Source of the DNA: an uncultured Chryseobacterium sp.
GTDB lineage: Bacteria > Bacteroidota > Bacteroidia > Flavobacteriales_F > PHOS-HE28
Reading direction: 5' to 3'
NCBI GenBank assembly: GCA_964394425.1
Contig: CAYMXP010000003.1
Span: 20,995-84,994, forward strand
Length of the DNA stretch: 64,000 bases
Every line of letters starts with the position of its first letter. The stretch's first letter is position 1. A program made the position numbers and the translations under genes. This document shows positions 38,708 to 47,825 of the stretch, piece by piece. The notes beneath the pieces are model-generated. The model worked only from the letters and a program-made list of their open reading frames with translations, was not told the DNA's origin and ran no database searches.

Positions 38708-40015
38708 ATGCGGCTCCCTTCCCTTGCAGCCACCGCTGCGGCCCTGTTCCTGTGTTGCGCCGCTGGATCCTCGGTCCATGCCCAGTTGAACCAGGATTGC
38801 CTGGAGGCCATCGGCGGGCAGGAGTGCGGCGACCAGCTCAACACCATCACCACCGCGGTGCCCTTCCTGATGATCGGGCCGGACTCCCGCGCCGGCGGCA
38901 TGGGCGACGCGGGCGTGGCCATCTCGCCCGATGTGAACGCCATCCATTGGAACCCCTCCAAGCTGGCCTTCGCCGAGACCGACGGGGAGCTGAGCATCTC
39001 CTATTCCCCCTGGTTGCGCAACCTGGTGCCCGATATGAGCCTCGCTTACCTGGCGGGCTTCAAGAAGCTGGAGAACAAGCGCAGCGCCATCGGCGGTTCG
39101 CTGCGCTATTTCAACCTGGGCAACATCACCTTCACGGACTTCAATGGCGCGGTGATCCGCGACTTCCAACCGACGGAATTCGCCGTGGACCTGACCTTCT
39201 CCCAGAAGTTCAGCGACCTGGTGGGCGGCGGCATCTCGATCCGGTACATCAACAGCAACCTCACCGGGGGGATCAGCGTGCAGGGCGCCAGCAGCAAGCC
39301 GGGTCAGAGCATCGCCGCCGACGTGTCCTTTTTCTACCGCAAGGAGCAGATCCCCCTGGGCGACAAGGACGCCACCTTCGCCTTCGGCACCAACATCTCG
39401 AACATCGGCGCCAAGATGAGCTACACGGAGACGGCGGAAAAGGATTTCATCCCCATCAACCTGCGGCTGGGCCCGTCCTTCACCATCGATCTTGACGAAT
39501 ACAACCAGATCGGCTTCAACCTGGACATCAACAAGCTGCTGGTGCCCACCCCGCCGGTGTACCTGCTGGACACCGATGGCGTGGTGGTGTTCGACACCAT
39601 CGCCAACGAATTCGCCATCGCCAGCGGCATGGATCCCGACGTGGCCGTGGCGCAGGGCATGATCCAATCGTTCTACGACGCCCCCGGCAACGTGTATTAC
39701 GACGAGGCCGGCAACGTGCATGTGGAGGACGGAAGCAGGATGCGCGAGGAATTCCGTGAGATCAACCTGGCCGGTGGCTTCGAGTACTGGTACGCGCAAC
39801 AGTTCGCCTTCCGCACCGGCTACTTCTGGGAGCACGCCACCAAGGGCAACCGCAAGTACTTCACCATGGGCCTGGGGGTGCGCTTCAACATCTTCCAGAT
39901 CGACCTCAGCTACCTGATCGCCAATACCAACCAGAGCCCGCTGGCCAACACGTTGCGCTTCAGCCTGGGCTTCAAGTTCGACGACAAGGCCCGCAAGAAA
40001 GAGACGGTGGAATGA
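38708..40015 (+). CDS. porV: T9SS outer-membrane shuttle protein PorV
   Basis: ATG 38708 gives the signal peptide MRLPSLAATAAALFLCCAAGSSVHAQ. Conserved block AVPFLMIGPDSRAGGMGDAGVA. An alternative in-frame ATG at 38645 overlaps the porU stop. Confidence 0.85.
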   Translation: MRLPSLAATAAALFLCCAAGSSVHAQLNQDCLEAIGGQECGDQLNTITTAVPFLMIGPDSRAGGMGDAGVAISPDVNAIHWNPSKLAFAETDGELSISYSPWLRNLVPDMSLAYLAGFKKLENKRSAIGGSLRYFNLGNITFTDFNGAVIRDFQPTEFAVDLTFSQKFSDLVGGGISIRYINSNLTGGISVQGASSKPGQSIAADVSFFYRKEQIPLGDKDATFAFGTNISNIGAKMSYTETAEKDFIPINLRLGPSFTIDLDEYNQIGFNLDINKLLVPTPPVYLLDTDGVVVFDTIANEFAIASGMDPDVAVAQGMIQSFYDAPGNVYYDEAGNVHVEDGSRMREEFREINLAGGFEYWYAQQFAFRTGYFWEHATKGNRKYFTMGLGVRFNIFQIDLSYLIANTNQSPLANTLRFSLGFKFDDKARKKETVE

Positions 40016-40491
40016 CCCACCGCATCGGGTACGGTTTCGACGTGCATCGGCTGGGCCCGGGCCGCGAGCTTTGGCTGGGCGGGGTGAAGATCCCCTCCGG
40101 CACCGGCGCGATCGGACATTCCGACGCGGACGTCCTGCTCCATGCGGTGTGCGATGCGCTGCTCGGCGCGGCCGCCCTGGGCGACATCGGCCGCCACTTT
40201 CCCGACAGGGATCCGCGGTGGAAGAACGCCGACAGCAAGAAGTTGCTCAAGAAGGTCGTGGACCTGCTGCGCACCGCCGGCTGGTCGGTGGGCAACGTGG
40301 ACTGCACCCTGGTGCTGGAAAAACCCAGGATCGCCCCGCACGTGGGCAAGATGCGAAAGGCCATGGCCCCGATCCTGGGGGTGGGCATCGACGCGGTTTC
40401 CATCAAGGCCACCACCAACGAAGGCATGGGCTTCATCGGCCGGGGCGAGGGGGTGTGCGCCCACGCCGTCGCGCTGATCGGGAAGATCTAA
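40012..40491 (+). CDS. ispF: 2-C-methyl-D-erythritol 2,4-cyclodiphosphate synthase
   Basis: IGYGFDVHRL...GHSDADVLLHAVCDALLGA...DIGRHFPD. The start overlaps the porV stop (ATGA). Confidence 0.95.
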   Translation: MTHRIGYGFDVHRLGPGRELWLGGVKIPSGTGAIGHSDADVLLHAVCDALLGAAALGDIGRHFPDRDPRWKNADSKKLLKKVVDLLRTAGWSVGNVDCTLVLEKPRIAPHVGKMRKAMAPILGVGIDAVSIKATTNEGMGFIGRGEGVCAHAVALIGKI

Positions 40492-41144
40492 TCGTCGCCG
40501 TCGTCCGACGGGCCCTGGGTGAAGGTCCCGTGGGCCTGCTCGTCCTCGAAGTAGAACACGCGCAACTGGGCCGTGTCGCGCAACAGGTCGATGCGGCCCA
40601 GTTCCACGCGGCTCACCTTGACGCCCAGCCGCGCGCCCAGGTCCTGCCAGAGCTTTTCCTTGTTCTCCGGCTTGATCAGCTCGATCTTCTCGTAGATCAC
40701 CTCCTTCATGGCCTCGTGGCGCGTGAGCCAGATGTGCTCCAGCACGTAGGTGGTCGTCAGGATCATGCCGTTGGTGAACACCAGTTCGGCGATGCTCACC
40801 TTCTTGCTCACCAGCGCGTTGATCACCGCCAGGGTGATGACCGCGAAGAGGTAGGTCATGTCCTTGATGCTGATCTGCTCGGTGCGGTAGCGCAGGATCG
40901 AGAAGATGGCGAACAGCCCGAAGGCGAAGCCCATGCTGAGCTTCACGTTGTTCATCAGGATGCAGAGGAAGAAGATGATGATGTTGAAGATGAAATAGGT
41001 GAAGAGGTTCTCCTTCTTGCGGTGGATCGGGTAGTAGATGCGCCGGATCAGGACGTAGAGCACCACCAGGTCCACCAGGAACTTGAAGAGCATCTCCCAC
41101 ATGTCATCGTGGAAGAGCCTCATGCCGAACACGCGTGGATCCAT
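40488..41144 (-). CDS. DUF4956-like integral membrane protein
   Basis: Hydrophobic N-terminal two-thirds (FIFNIIIFFLCILMN, FAFGLFAIFSILRYRTE) and an acidic C-terminus. It is paired with a VTC-domain gene, as is typical for this family (from memory). Confidence 0.7.
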   Translation of the reverse strand: MDPRVFGMRLFHDDMWEMLFKFLVDLVVLYVLIRRIYYPIHRKKENLFTYFIFNIIIFFLCILMNNVKLSMGFAFGLFAIFSILRYRTEQISIKDMTYLFAVITLAVINALVSKKVSIAELVFTNGMILTTTYVLEHIWLTRHEAMKEVIYEKIELIKPENKEKLWQDLGARLGVKVSRVELGRIDLLRDTAQLRVFYFEDEQAHGTFTQGPSDDGDD

Positions 41145-41156
41145 GCGAGGTGGTGG

Positions 41157-41909
41157 TCAGGCGGCTGCGCGCAGCCGGTCCAGTTTCAGGAACAGCCCCT
41201 TGAAGGTGTTGGTCTTCAGGCGGGGCTCGAGCAGCCATAGTCCCGCGCAATACTTGCTCATGCCCGTGGGCCTATGGCCCATGGCCCGCATCACCGCCAG
41301 GAACGGCGAGGTGCGCCCGCCTTTCTCCTCCTTCAGTTCCGCGATGCAGATGCCGTCCAGCACCGCATCCTTCCCCTGGCGGGCGAAGGTCAGGTCGCGG
41401 TCGATGGTGAGCCGCTCGGGCAGGGTGCGATGCACCAGCGTGTAACGCGTGAAGGCGTTCCAAAGCTGGGGAAGCAGCGGCTGGTCCATGCCGTTGGCCT
41501 TGCGCACGAAGTCCAGGTGCCGGGCCGGCATGGCTTCGGGGATGCCTTCCACGCGCAGCCGCGCCTTGCTCGTGCCGCCGCGGCCGGTCTTGCGCTTCAC
41601 CTCCAGGAAGCACAGGTCGCTGCCCACGTACTCGCGGTAGCGCACCTTGCTGCGGAAGGTGCGGCCGTTGTGGTGGTCGTGGAAATGGCGCAGGTCGGCC
41701 GTGTCGTAGTACAGGGTGCGGTAGTCAGCGCCCCGGCGGCCGTTGATCACCAGCAGGCGATAGTCCCTGAGCAGCTGCTCCAGCACGTGTTCCAGGTCCC
41801 GCGAGCCGAACACGAACTTGGTGTCGGTGCGGTCCTGCAGCTTCACGCGGTCCATCTCCTCCAGGGTGATGGGATCGAAACGCGCGAGCAGGTGACCGAT
41901 GGGATCCAC
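41157..41909 (-). CDS. VTC-domain (polyphosphate polymerase-like) protein
   Basis: FDPITLEEMDRVKLQDRTDTKFVF...YRTLYYDT...KVRYREY...LEVK is a pattern of the VTC/CYTH-like tunnel fold. I prefer GTG 41909 because the track start (TTG 41927) lies inside the candidate -7 box. Confidence 0.7.
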   Translation of the reverse strand: MDPIGHLLARFDPITLEEMDRVKLQDRTDTKFVFGSRDLEHVLEQLLRDYRLLVINGRRGADYRTLYYDTADLRHFHDHHNGRTFRSKVRYREYVGSDLCFLEVKRKTGRGGTSKARLRVEGIPEAMPARHLDFVRKANGMDQPLLPQLWNAFTRYTLVHRTLPERLTIDRDLTFARQGKDAVLDGICIAELKEEKGGRTSPFLAVMRAMGHRPTGMSKYCAGLWLLEPRLKTNTFKGLFLKLDRLRAAA

Positions 41910-41924
41910 GGAGCGTGAGGGGGC

Positions 41925-41932
41925 CAAATCTA
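41925..41932 (-). promoter_or_regulatory. candidate -7 promoter box TAGATTTG
   Basis: The minus strand reads CAATAGATTTGGCCCCCTCAC. The box ends 16 nt upstream of GTG 41909. Confidence 0.4.
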
Positions 41933-41960
41933 TTGATCCACGCCGTGGGCGCCGGCACGC

Positions 41961-41968
41961 TATTTTCG
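41961..41968 (+). promoter_or_regulatory. candidate -7 promoter box variant TATTTTCG for cdd
   Basis: CGCTATTTTCGGCGCCCTTCACGC then ATG. The box ends 14 nt before ATG 41982, the same spacing as box-to-tRNA. Confidence 0.4.
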
Positions 41969-41981
41969 GCGCCCTTCACGC

Positions 41982-42479
41982 ATGGCCCGCCAGCGCACCA
42001 TCCGCATCCTGTATCTGGAACATCTTACCTGGAAGACCCTTCCGAAGGAGGATCGTGAACTGTTGAAGGCCGCCGCCGCCGCATCGCGCCTGGCGTACGC
42101 CCCTTATTCGCGCTTCAAGGTGGGTGCGGCCCTCCGGCTGGACAACGGCGTGGTGGTCACCGGTAGCAACCAGGAGAACGCCAGCTTTCCGGCGGGTTGC
42201 TGCGCGGAACGCACCGCCTTGCACGCGGCCATGTCCCTGCATCCCAAGGGTTACGTGGATGCCCTGGCCGTGGTGGTGCCTCGTGCGCGTCGACGGCAAC
42301 CCGTGTCGCCCTGCGGCATCTGCCGCCAGGCCATGGTGGAGCAGGAGAACCGGCAGGGCGGCCCCATGCGCGTGCTGCTGGGCGCGGTGAACGGCCCGGC
42401 CCACGAAATGGTGAGCGCCGCCAGCCTGCTGCCGCTTTCCTTCGATGGCACCGTGCTGCTCCGGCGCGGCCGCTCCTGA
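41982..42479 (+). CDS. cdd: cytidine deaminase
   Basis: Zinc-binding motifs CAERTAL and PCGICRQ; 165 aa. Confidence 0.9.
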   Translation: MARQRTIRILYLEHLTWKTLPKEDRELLKAAAAASRLAYAPYSRFKVGAALRLDNGVVVTGSNQENASFPAGCCAERTALHAAMSLHPKGYVDALAVVVPRARRRQPVSPCGICRQAMVEQENRQGGPMRVLLGAVNGPAHEMVSAASLLPLSFDGTVLLRRGRS

Positions 42480-42516
42480 GCGACGGCCCCCCTCGGATAT
42501 CTTTGGCCTTCTTCGC

Positions 42517-43557
42517 ATGACCATCCGCATCGCCCCAACGGCAAAGACCGGGACAGGCCGCAAGGCCGGATCCCCGTTCGGCAAGGACATCCACCTGCGC
42601 TGGTACAAGGACATGTTGCTCATGCGCCGTTTCGAGGAGCGGACCGGCCAGCTTTACACCATGCAGAAGTTCGGCGGCTTCTGTCACCTCTACATCGGGC
42701 AGGAGGCGATCCTGGCGGGCATGATCACCGCGATCCGGAAGGATGACCGCATCATCACCGGCTACCGCGATCACGCGCATCCGCTCGTGCTGGGGACCGA
42801 CCCGAAGGTGGTGATGGCCGAACTGTTCGGCCGCACCACCGGCACCAGCAAGGGCAAGGGCGGCAGCATGCATTTCTTCGACCGGGAGCGCAACCTCTTT
42901 GGGGGCCACGGCATCGTGGGCGGGCAGATCGCCCTGGGCGCCGGCATTGCCTTCGCCGACAAGTACCGCGGCGGCGACCAGGTGACCCTCTGCATGATGG
43001 GCGACGGCGCGGTGCGGCAGGGGATCCTGCACGAGACCTTCAACATGGCCATGACCTGGAAGCTCCCGGTGGTCTTCATCATCGAGAACAACCAGTACGC
43101 CATGGGCACCAGCGTGGAGCGCACCAGCAACGTGCATGACCTTTACACGCTGGGCGAAGGCTACGACATGCCCGGCATTCCGGTGAACGGCATGCGCTGC
43201 GAGGACGTGCATGAAGCGATCGAGAAAGCCTGTGCCCATGTGCGCGGCGGAGCGGGTCCCTATCTGCTCGAGATCAAGACCTATCGCTACCGCGGCCACT
43301 CCATGAGCGATCCGCAGAAATACCGCAGCAAGGAGGAGGTGGAGGAGTACAAGCAGAAGGATCCGCTGGAGGATGTGCGCAAGAAGCTGCTCGCCAACGG
43401 CTGGGCGACCGAGCCGGAGCTGGAAGGGATGGACGAAGCGGTGAAGAAGCAGGTGGAGGAAGCCGTGAAGTTCGCCGAGGAAAGCCCCTATCCACCGGCC
43501 GAAGATCTCTGGAAGGATGTGTACAAGCAGGAGGATTACCCCTTCACCAAGGACTGA
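42517..43557 (+). CDS. pdhA: pyruvate dehydrogenase E1 component alpha subunit
   Basis: ATG 42517. ThDP-binding region GDGAVRQG...IIENNQYAMGT, plus YRYRGHSMSDP. Confidence 0.9.
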   Translation: MTIRIAPTAKTGTGRKAGSPFGKDIHLRWYKDMLLMRRFEERTGQLYTMQKFGGFCHLYIGQEAILAGMITAIRKDDRIITGYRDHAHPLVLGTDPKVVMAELFGRTTGTSKGKGGSMHFFDRERNLFGGHGIVGGQIALGAGIAFADKYRGGDQVTLCMMGDGAVRQGILHETFNMAMTWKLPVVFIIENNQYAMGTSVERTSNVHDLYTLGEGYDMPGIPVNGMRCEDVHEAIEKACAHVRGGAGPYLLEIKTYRYRGHSMSDPQKYRSKEEVEEYKQKDPLEDVRKKLLANGWATEPELEGMDEAVKKQVEEAVKFAEESPYPPAEDLWKDVYKQEDYPFTKD

Positions 43558-43560
43558 AGC

Positions 43561-44832
43561 ATGGCCGAAGTCATCCGCATGCCCAAGCTCAGCGACACCA
43601 TGACCGAGGGCGTGGTGGCGAACTGGCTCAAGAAGATCGGTGACAAGGTGAAGAGCGGCGACCTCCTCGCCGAGATCGAGACCGACAAGGCCACGATGGA
43701 GTTCGAGAGCTACGCCGATGGCGTGCTGCTCCACATCGGCGTGCAAAAGGGACAGGCCGCACCTGTGGATTCATTGCTGGCGATCATCGGGAAGGAAGGA
43801 GAGGACGTGAGCGGATTGCTGGCGGATACCGCGGCCACCGCGCCCAAGAAGGAAACAGCCAAGGAGACTCCCAAAGTGAAGGAACTGGTCCAGGAGGAGA
43901 AACCCGCACCCGCTTCAGCACCCGCACCGGCCCCCGCTCCCGTGAGGACGGCAGCGGTCGCCCCAGTTCCCGCAAAGACCAACGGACGGCTGAAAGCCAG
44001 CCCGCTCGCCAAACGGCTGGCACGGGAGAAGAACCTGGACCTGTCACGCCTTCGCGGCACCGGCGATGAAGGCCGCATCGTGAAACGGGATGTGGAGACC
44101 TTCCGTGGCGGCACGGCGCCGGGCTACGCAGGCACCGAGCAATTCAGCGAGGTGGCCGTGAGCCAGATGCGCAAGACGATCGCGAAGCGCCTGGCTGAAA
44201 GCAAGTTCAGCGCACCGCATTTCTATCTGACCCTGGAGATCGACATGGAGCGCGCGATCGAAGTGCGCGAGGCGATCAATGCGCGGATCGAGCCGGACAA
44301 GATCAGCTTCAACGATCTGGTGATCAAGACCGTGGCGCAGGCGCTGCGCCAGCACCCCAGGGTGAACAGCAGCTGGCTCGGCGACCGCATCCGCTACAAC
44401 GAGCACATCCACATCGGCGTGGCCGTGGCGGTGGAGGAGGGCCTGCTGGTGCCGGTGGTGCGCTTCGCCGATGGCAAGGCCCTGCGGCAGATCGGCATGG
44501 AAGTGCGCGACTACGCGAAGCGCGCGAAGGAGAAGAAGCTCCAGCCGCAGGATTGGGAGGGCAACACCTTCACGATCTCGAACCTCGGCATGTTCGGCAT
44601 CGAGGAGTTCACCGCGATCATCAATCCGCCGGACGCGTGCATCCTTGCCATCGGTGGCATCATGGAGAAGCCCGTGGTGAAGAGCGGCCGGGTCGTGCCG
44701 GGCGCAACGATGAAGGTGACGATGAGCTGCGATCACCGCGTGGTGGACGGTGCCACGGGGGCGGCTTTCCTGAACACGTTCAAGCTGTTGCTGGAGGAGC
44801 CCGCGCTGCTGCTGGGGGCCGGCGCGATCTGA
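43561..44832 (+). CDS. pdhC: dihydrolipoamide acetyltransferase (E2) of the pyruvate dehydrogenase complex
   Basis: Lipoyl domain with EIETDKATMEFES, an Ala/Pro linker, an E3-binding segment (SPLAKRLAREKNLDLS) and the catalytic motif DHRVVDG. Confidence 0.9.
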   Translation: MAEVIRMPKLSDTMTEGVVANWLKKIGDKVKSGDLLAEIETDKATMEFESYADGVLLHIGVQKGQAAPVDSLLAIIGKEGEDVSGLLADTAATAPKKETAKETPKVKELVQEEKPAPASAPAPAPAPVRTAAVAPVPAKTNGRLKASPLAKRLAREKNLDLSRLRGTGDEGRIVKRDVETFRGGTAPGYAGTEQFSEVAVSQMRKTIAKRLAESKFSAPHFYLTLEIDMERAIEVREAINARIEPDKISFNDLVIKTVAQALRQHPRVNSSWLGDRIRYNEHIHIGVAVAVEEGLLVPVVRFADGKALRQIGMEVRDYAKRAKEKKLQPQDWEGNTFTISNLGMFGIEEFTAIINPPDACILAIGGIMEKPVVKSGRVVPGATMKVTMSCDHRVVDGATGAAFLNTFKLLLEEPALLLGAGAI

Positions 44833-44928
44833 GCGGTCGTCTTTGCATCTGCGGCCGGCCCGGTTTTCATCCGCCTGGCGGGAAGATGTCCTGGCAGCAC
44901 GCAACCACCGCGGATCTACATTGGTCGC

Positions 44929-47028
44929 ATGCCCTCGTTCGAGAACACACCGATCGAGTATCTCAAGGGCGTCGGCCCGCAGCGCGGCGAGCTGCTGCGC
45001 ACCGAGTTGGGCATCTCCACCTTCGGCGATCTGCTGCTGCACTTTCCCTTCCGGCACGTGGATCGAAGCCGGTTCCAGACGGTGCATGAAGCGGAGGAGA
45101 ACGGCACGGTGCAGCTGCGCGGCATGCTCGCCGGCATGAAGACCGTCGGTGACAAGCAGGCCAGGCGGCTGGTCGCCCGCCTCGCCGATGCCTCCGGCTC
45201 GATCGAGCTGGTCTGGTTCAAGGGCATCCGCTGGCTGCAGCCGATCCTCAAGGAAGGGCAGGAGTACATCGTCTTCGGAAAGGTCACGCGGTTCCGTGAG
45301 CACCTCAACATCGCTCACCCGGAGATCGAGAGCGCGGCCACCTGGGATGCCGGGCTCGATGCCACGCTTCAGCCGGTTTACAGCACCACGGAGAAAGCCG
45401 CTGCGAAAGGGCTCAACAGCCGGGGGATCGGCAAGCTGACCGAGGCCCTGATCCAGCGCCCGGACTTCCATCTGCCCGAAACGTTGCCGGCGCGACTGGC
45501 GGCCCAGCTCGGTGGCCTTTCACGCGAAGAGGCGATCCGCCACATGCATGCACCGCGCGACCAGGGCACGCTCGAGAGGGCGTCGCGCCGCTTGAAGTTC
45601 GAGGAGCTCTTCTTCATCCAGCTCCAGTTGCTCAGGCAGAAGCAACTGCGGCGGGAGAAGGTCCGCGGACGGCGTTTCGAGCACGTGGGCGCCTTGCTGA
45701 ACACCTTCTACAACGAGCACCTGCCCTTCGCGCTGACCGAAGCCCAGAAGCGCGCGGTGAAGGAGATCCGCAAGGACATGGGCGATGACCGTCAGATGAA
45801 CCGGTTGCTGCAGGGCGATGTGGGCAGCGGCAAGACGGTGGTGGCCCTGCTGAGCATGCTGATCGCCCTGGACAATGGCTTCCAGGCGGCCCTGATGGCG
45901 CCCACCGAGATCCTCGCCCAGCAGCACTACGGCACGCTTTCCCGCTTCCTCGAGAATATGCCGTTACGGGTGCGCCTGTTGACCGGCAGCACGAAGAGCG
46001 CCGAGCGCCGGAGCATCATCCAGGCACTGAACGCCGGGGAGATCCACATTCTGGTCGGCACGCACGCCCTGCTCGAGGATCCCGTGCGCTTCGACCGCCT
46101 GGGCCTGGTGGTGATCGACGAGCAGCACCGCTTCGGTGTGGCGCAGCGCGCGCAGTTGTGGAAGAAAAGCGATCCGCCGCCGCACGTACTGGTGATGACC
46201 GCCACGCCCATCCCGCGTACACTGGCCATGACCCTGTACGGCGACCTTGACGTGAGCGTGATCGATGAACTGCCACCGGGTCGCAAGCCGGTGAAGACCG
46301 TCCACCGCACCGACGCGGCGCGCAATGCCATGTTCGGCTTCCTGGAACAGGAGATCGCGAAAGGCCGTCAGGTCTACGTGGTGTATCCGCTGATCGAGGA
46401 GAGCAAGAAGCTCGATCTCAAGCACCTGATAGACGGCCATGAAAGCATCACCCGCCGCTTTCCGCCGCCGCGCTACGCCGTGAGCATCGTGCATGGCCAG
46501 ATGCCGCCGGAAGCCAAGGACTTTGAGATGGAACGCTTCAAAATGGGAGGGACGAACATCATGGTGAGCACCACGGTGATCGAGGTGGGGGTGGACGTGC
46601 CCAATGCCAGCGTCATGGTGATCGAGAACGCCGAGCGCTTCGGCCTCAGCCAGCTGCACCAGTTGCGCGGCCGCGTGGGGCGTGGGGCGGACCAGAGCTT
46701 CTGCATCCTGATGACCGCCGACAAGCTGGGACCTGACGCCCGTACGCGCATGGAGACGATGGTCTCCACCACCGACGGGTTCAAGATCAGCGAGGTCGAC
46801 CTGCGGCTGCGCGGCCCCGGCGACATCCTGGGCACCCAGCAGAGCGGCCTGCCGCAGCTGCACATCGCCGACCTGGTGCGGGACGTGGAATTGCTTCAAC
46901 AGGCCCGGCAAAGCGTGCAGCAGCTTCTGGCCGCCGATCCCATGCTGGCCGTTCCGGAGAACGCCCCGATCGCGGCGGCCCTGCACGCACTGGCGGGGGA
47001 GAAACCGGTCTGGGGACGGATCGGCTGA
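44929..47028 (+). CDS. recG: ATP-dependent DNA helicase RecG
   Basis: Wedge domain followed by helicase motifs GDVGSGKT, DEQHRFG and QLHQLRGRVGRG; 699 aa. Confidence 0.95.
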   Translation: MPSFENTPIEYLKGVGPQRGELLRTELGISTFGDLLLHFPFRHVDRSRFQTVHEAEENGTVQLRGMLAGMKTVGDKQARRLVARLADASGSIELVWFKGIRWLQPILKEGQEYIVFGKVTRFREHLNIAHPEIESAATWDAGLDATLQPVYSTTEKAAAKGLNSRGIGKLTEALIQRPDFHLPETLPARLAAQLGGLSREEAIRHMHAPRDQGTLERASRRLKFEELFFIQLQLLRQKQLRREKVRGRRFEHVGALLNTFYNEHLPFALTEAQKRAVKEIRKDMGDDRQMNRLLQGDVGSGKTVVALLSMLIALDNGFQAALMAPTEILAQQHYGTLSRFLENMPLRVRLLTGSTKSAERRSIIQALNAGEIHILVGTHALLEDPVRFDRLGLVVIDEQHRFGVAQRAQLWKKSDPPPHVLVMTATPIPRTLAMTLYGDLDVSVIDELPPGRKPVKTVHRTDAARNAMFGFLEQEIAKGRQVYVVYPLIEESKKLDLKHLIDGHESITRRFPPPRYAVSIVHGQMPPEAKDFEMERFKMGGTNIMVSTTVIEVGVDVPNASVMVIENAERFGLSQLHQLRGRVGRGADQSFCILMTADKLGPDARTRMETMVSTTDGFKISEVDLRLRGPGDILGTQQSGLPQLHIADLVRDVELLQQARQSVQQLLAADPMLAVPENAPIAAALHALAGEKPVWGRIG

Positions 47029-47061
47029 ATCAGGAACGCCCCGCCCGCGCCCGCGCCCGGG

Positions 47062-47796
47062 TCACTGATCCACCTGGAACTTGAAGCCCACGCCATGCAC
47101 GTTCATGATCTGCACGCGGGGGTCGGCGCGCAGGTATTTTCGAAGACGCGAGATGAACACGTCGAGGCTGCGGCCCAGGAAGTAGGTGTCGTCGCCCCAC
47201 ACCATGTTGAGCACCAGTTCGCGCGGCAGCACCTGATCGCGGTGCATGCACAGCAGGCGCAGCACGTCGGATTCCTTGCGCGTGAGCTTGCGCGTGGCCT
47301 CGGCTTCCCCGGGTGGCGTGGCCAGTTTCTTCACGTCCAGCGCCAGGGTCAGTTCGCGATGGTCGAACGTGTAAGCTCCGATCTCGAAGACCTCCCGTTT
47401 GCGCCGGCCGCCGTCGCGCCCCTGGGTGCGGCGGAGGATGGCCTCGATGCGCAGCAGCAGTTCCTCGTGGCTGAAGGGCTTGGTCAGGTAATCGTCGCCG
47501 CCGGCCTTGAAACCGGCGATCTTGTCCTCGGTCTGGCTCTTTGCGGTGAGGAAGACGATGGGGATCTGCTCATCGGTGAGCCGGATGTCCTCCGCCAGGC
47601 TGAAGCCGTCCTTCTGCGGCAGCATCACGTCCAGGATGCAGAGGTCGTAGGCGTGCTCGTTGAAATACTTCAGGCCCTCCTTGCCGTCGCGGCACAGATG
47701 GACGTTGTACCCGCGGCGCTTCAGCGCGTCCTGGATCACGAAGCCCAGGTTGGTGTCGTCTTCCACCAGCAGGATGGTCGCTTTCTGATCGATCAT
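47062..47796 (-). CDS. OmpR/PhoB-family response regulator
   Basis: Receiver domain (ILLVEDD...LDVMLP...K) plus a winged-helix output domain (LTRKESDVLRLL...VHGVGFKF). ATG 47796 is preferred; GTG 47829 would overlap the kinase stop (GTGA). Confidence 0.9.
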   Translation of the reverse strand: MIDQKATILLVEDDTNLGFVIQDALKRRGYNVHLCRDGKEGLKYFNEHAYDLCILDVMLPQKDGFSLAEDIRLTDEQIPIVFLTAKSQTEDKIAGFKAGGDDYLTKPFSHEELLLRIEAILRRTQGRDGGRRKREVFEIGAYTFDHRELTLALDVKKLATPPGEAEATRKLTRKESDVLRLLCMHRDQVLPRELVLNMVWGDDTYFLGRSLDVFISRLRKYLRADPRVQIMNVHGVGFKFQVDQ

Positions 47797-47825
47797 GGGG
47801 GTGGGGATCTCTTTCGAGGGTCGGT

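Noticed and set aside
42517-44832. pdhA followed directly by the E2 gene with no E1 beta subunit gene between them
   Set aside because: As far as I recall, an unlinked pdhB is the usual arrangement in Bacteroidota. Both flanking genes are intact, so this is not evidence of gene loss.
47029-47061. Short tandem hexamer (CGCCCG x3) between the convergent recG and response-regulator genes
   Set aside because: It is too short and simple to interpret. It forms no convincing hairpin and is probably just GC-rich spacer.
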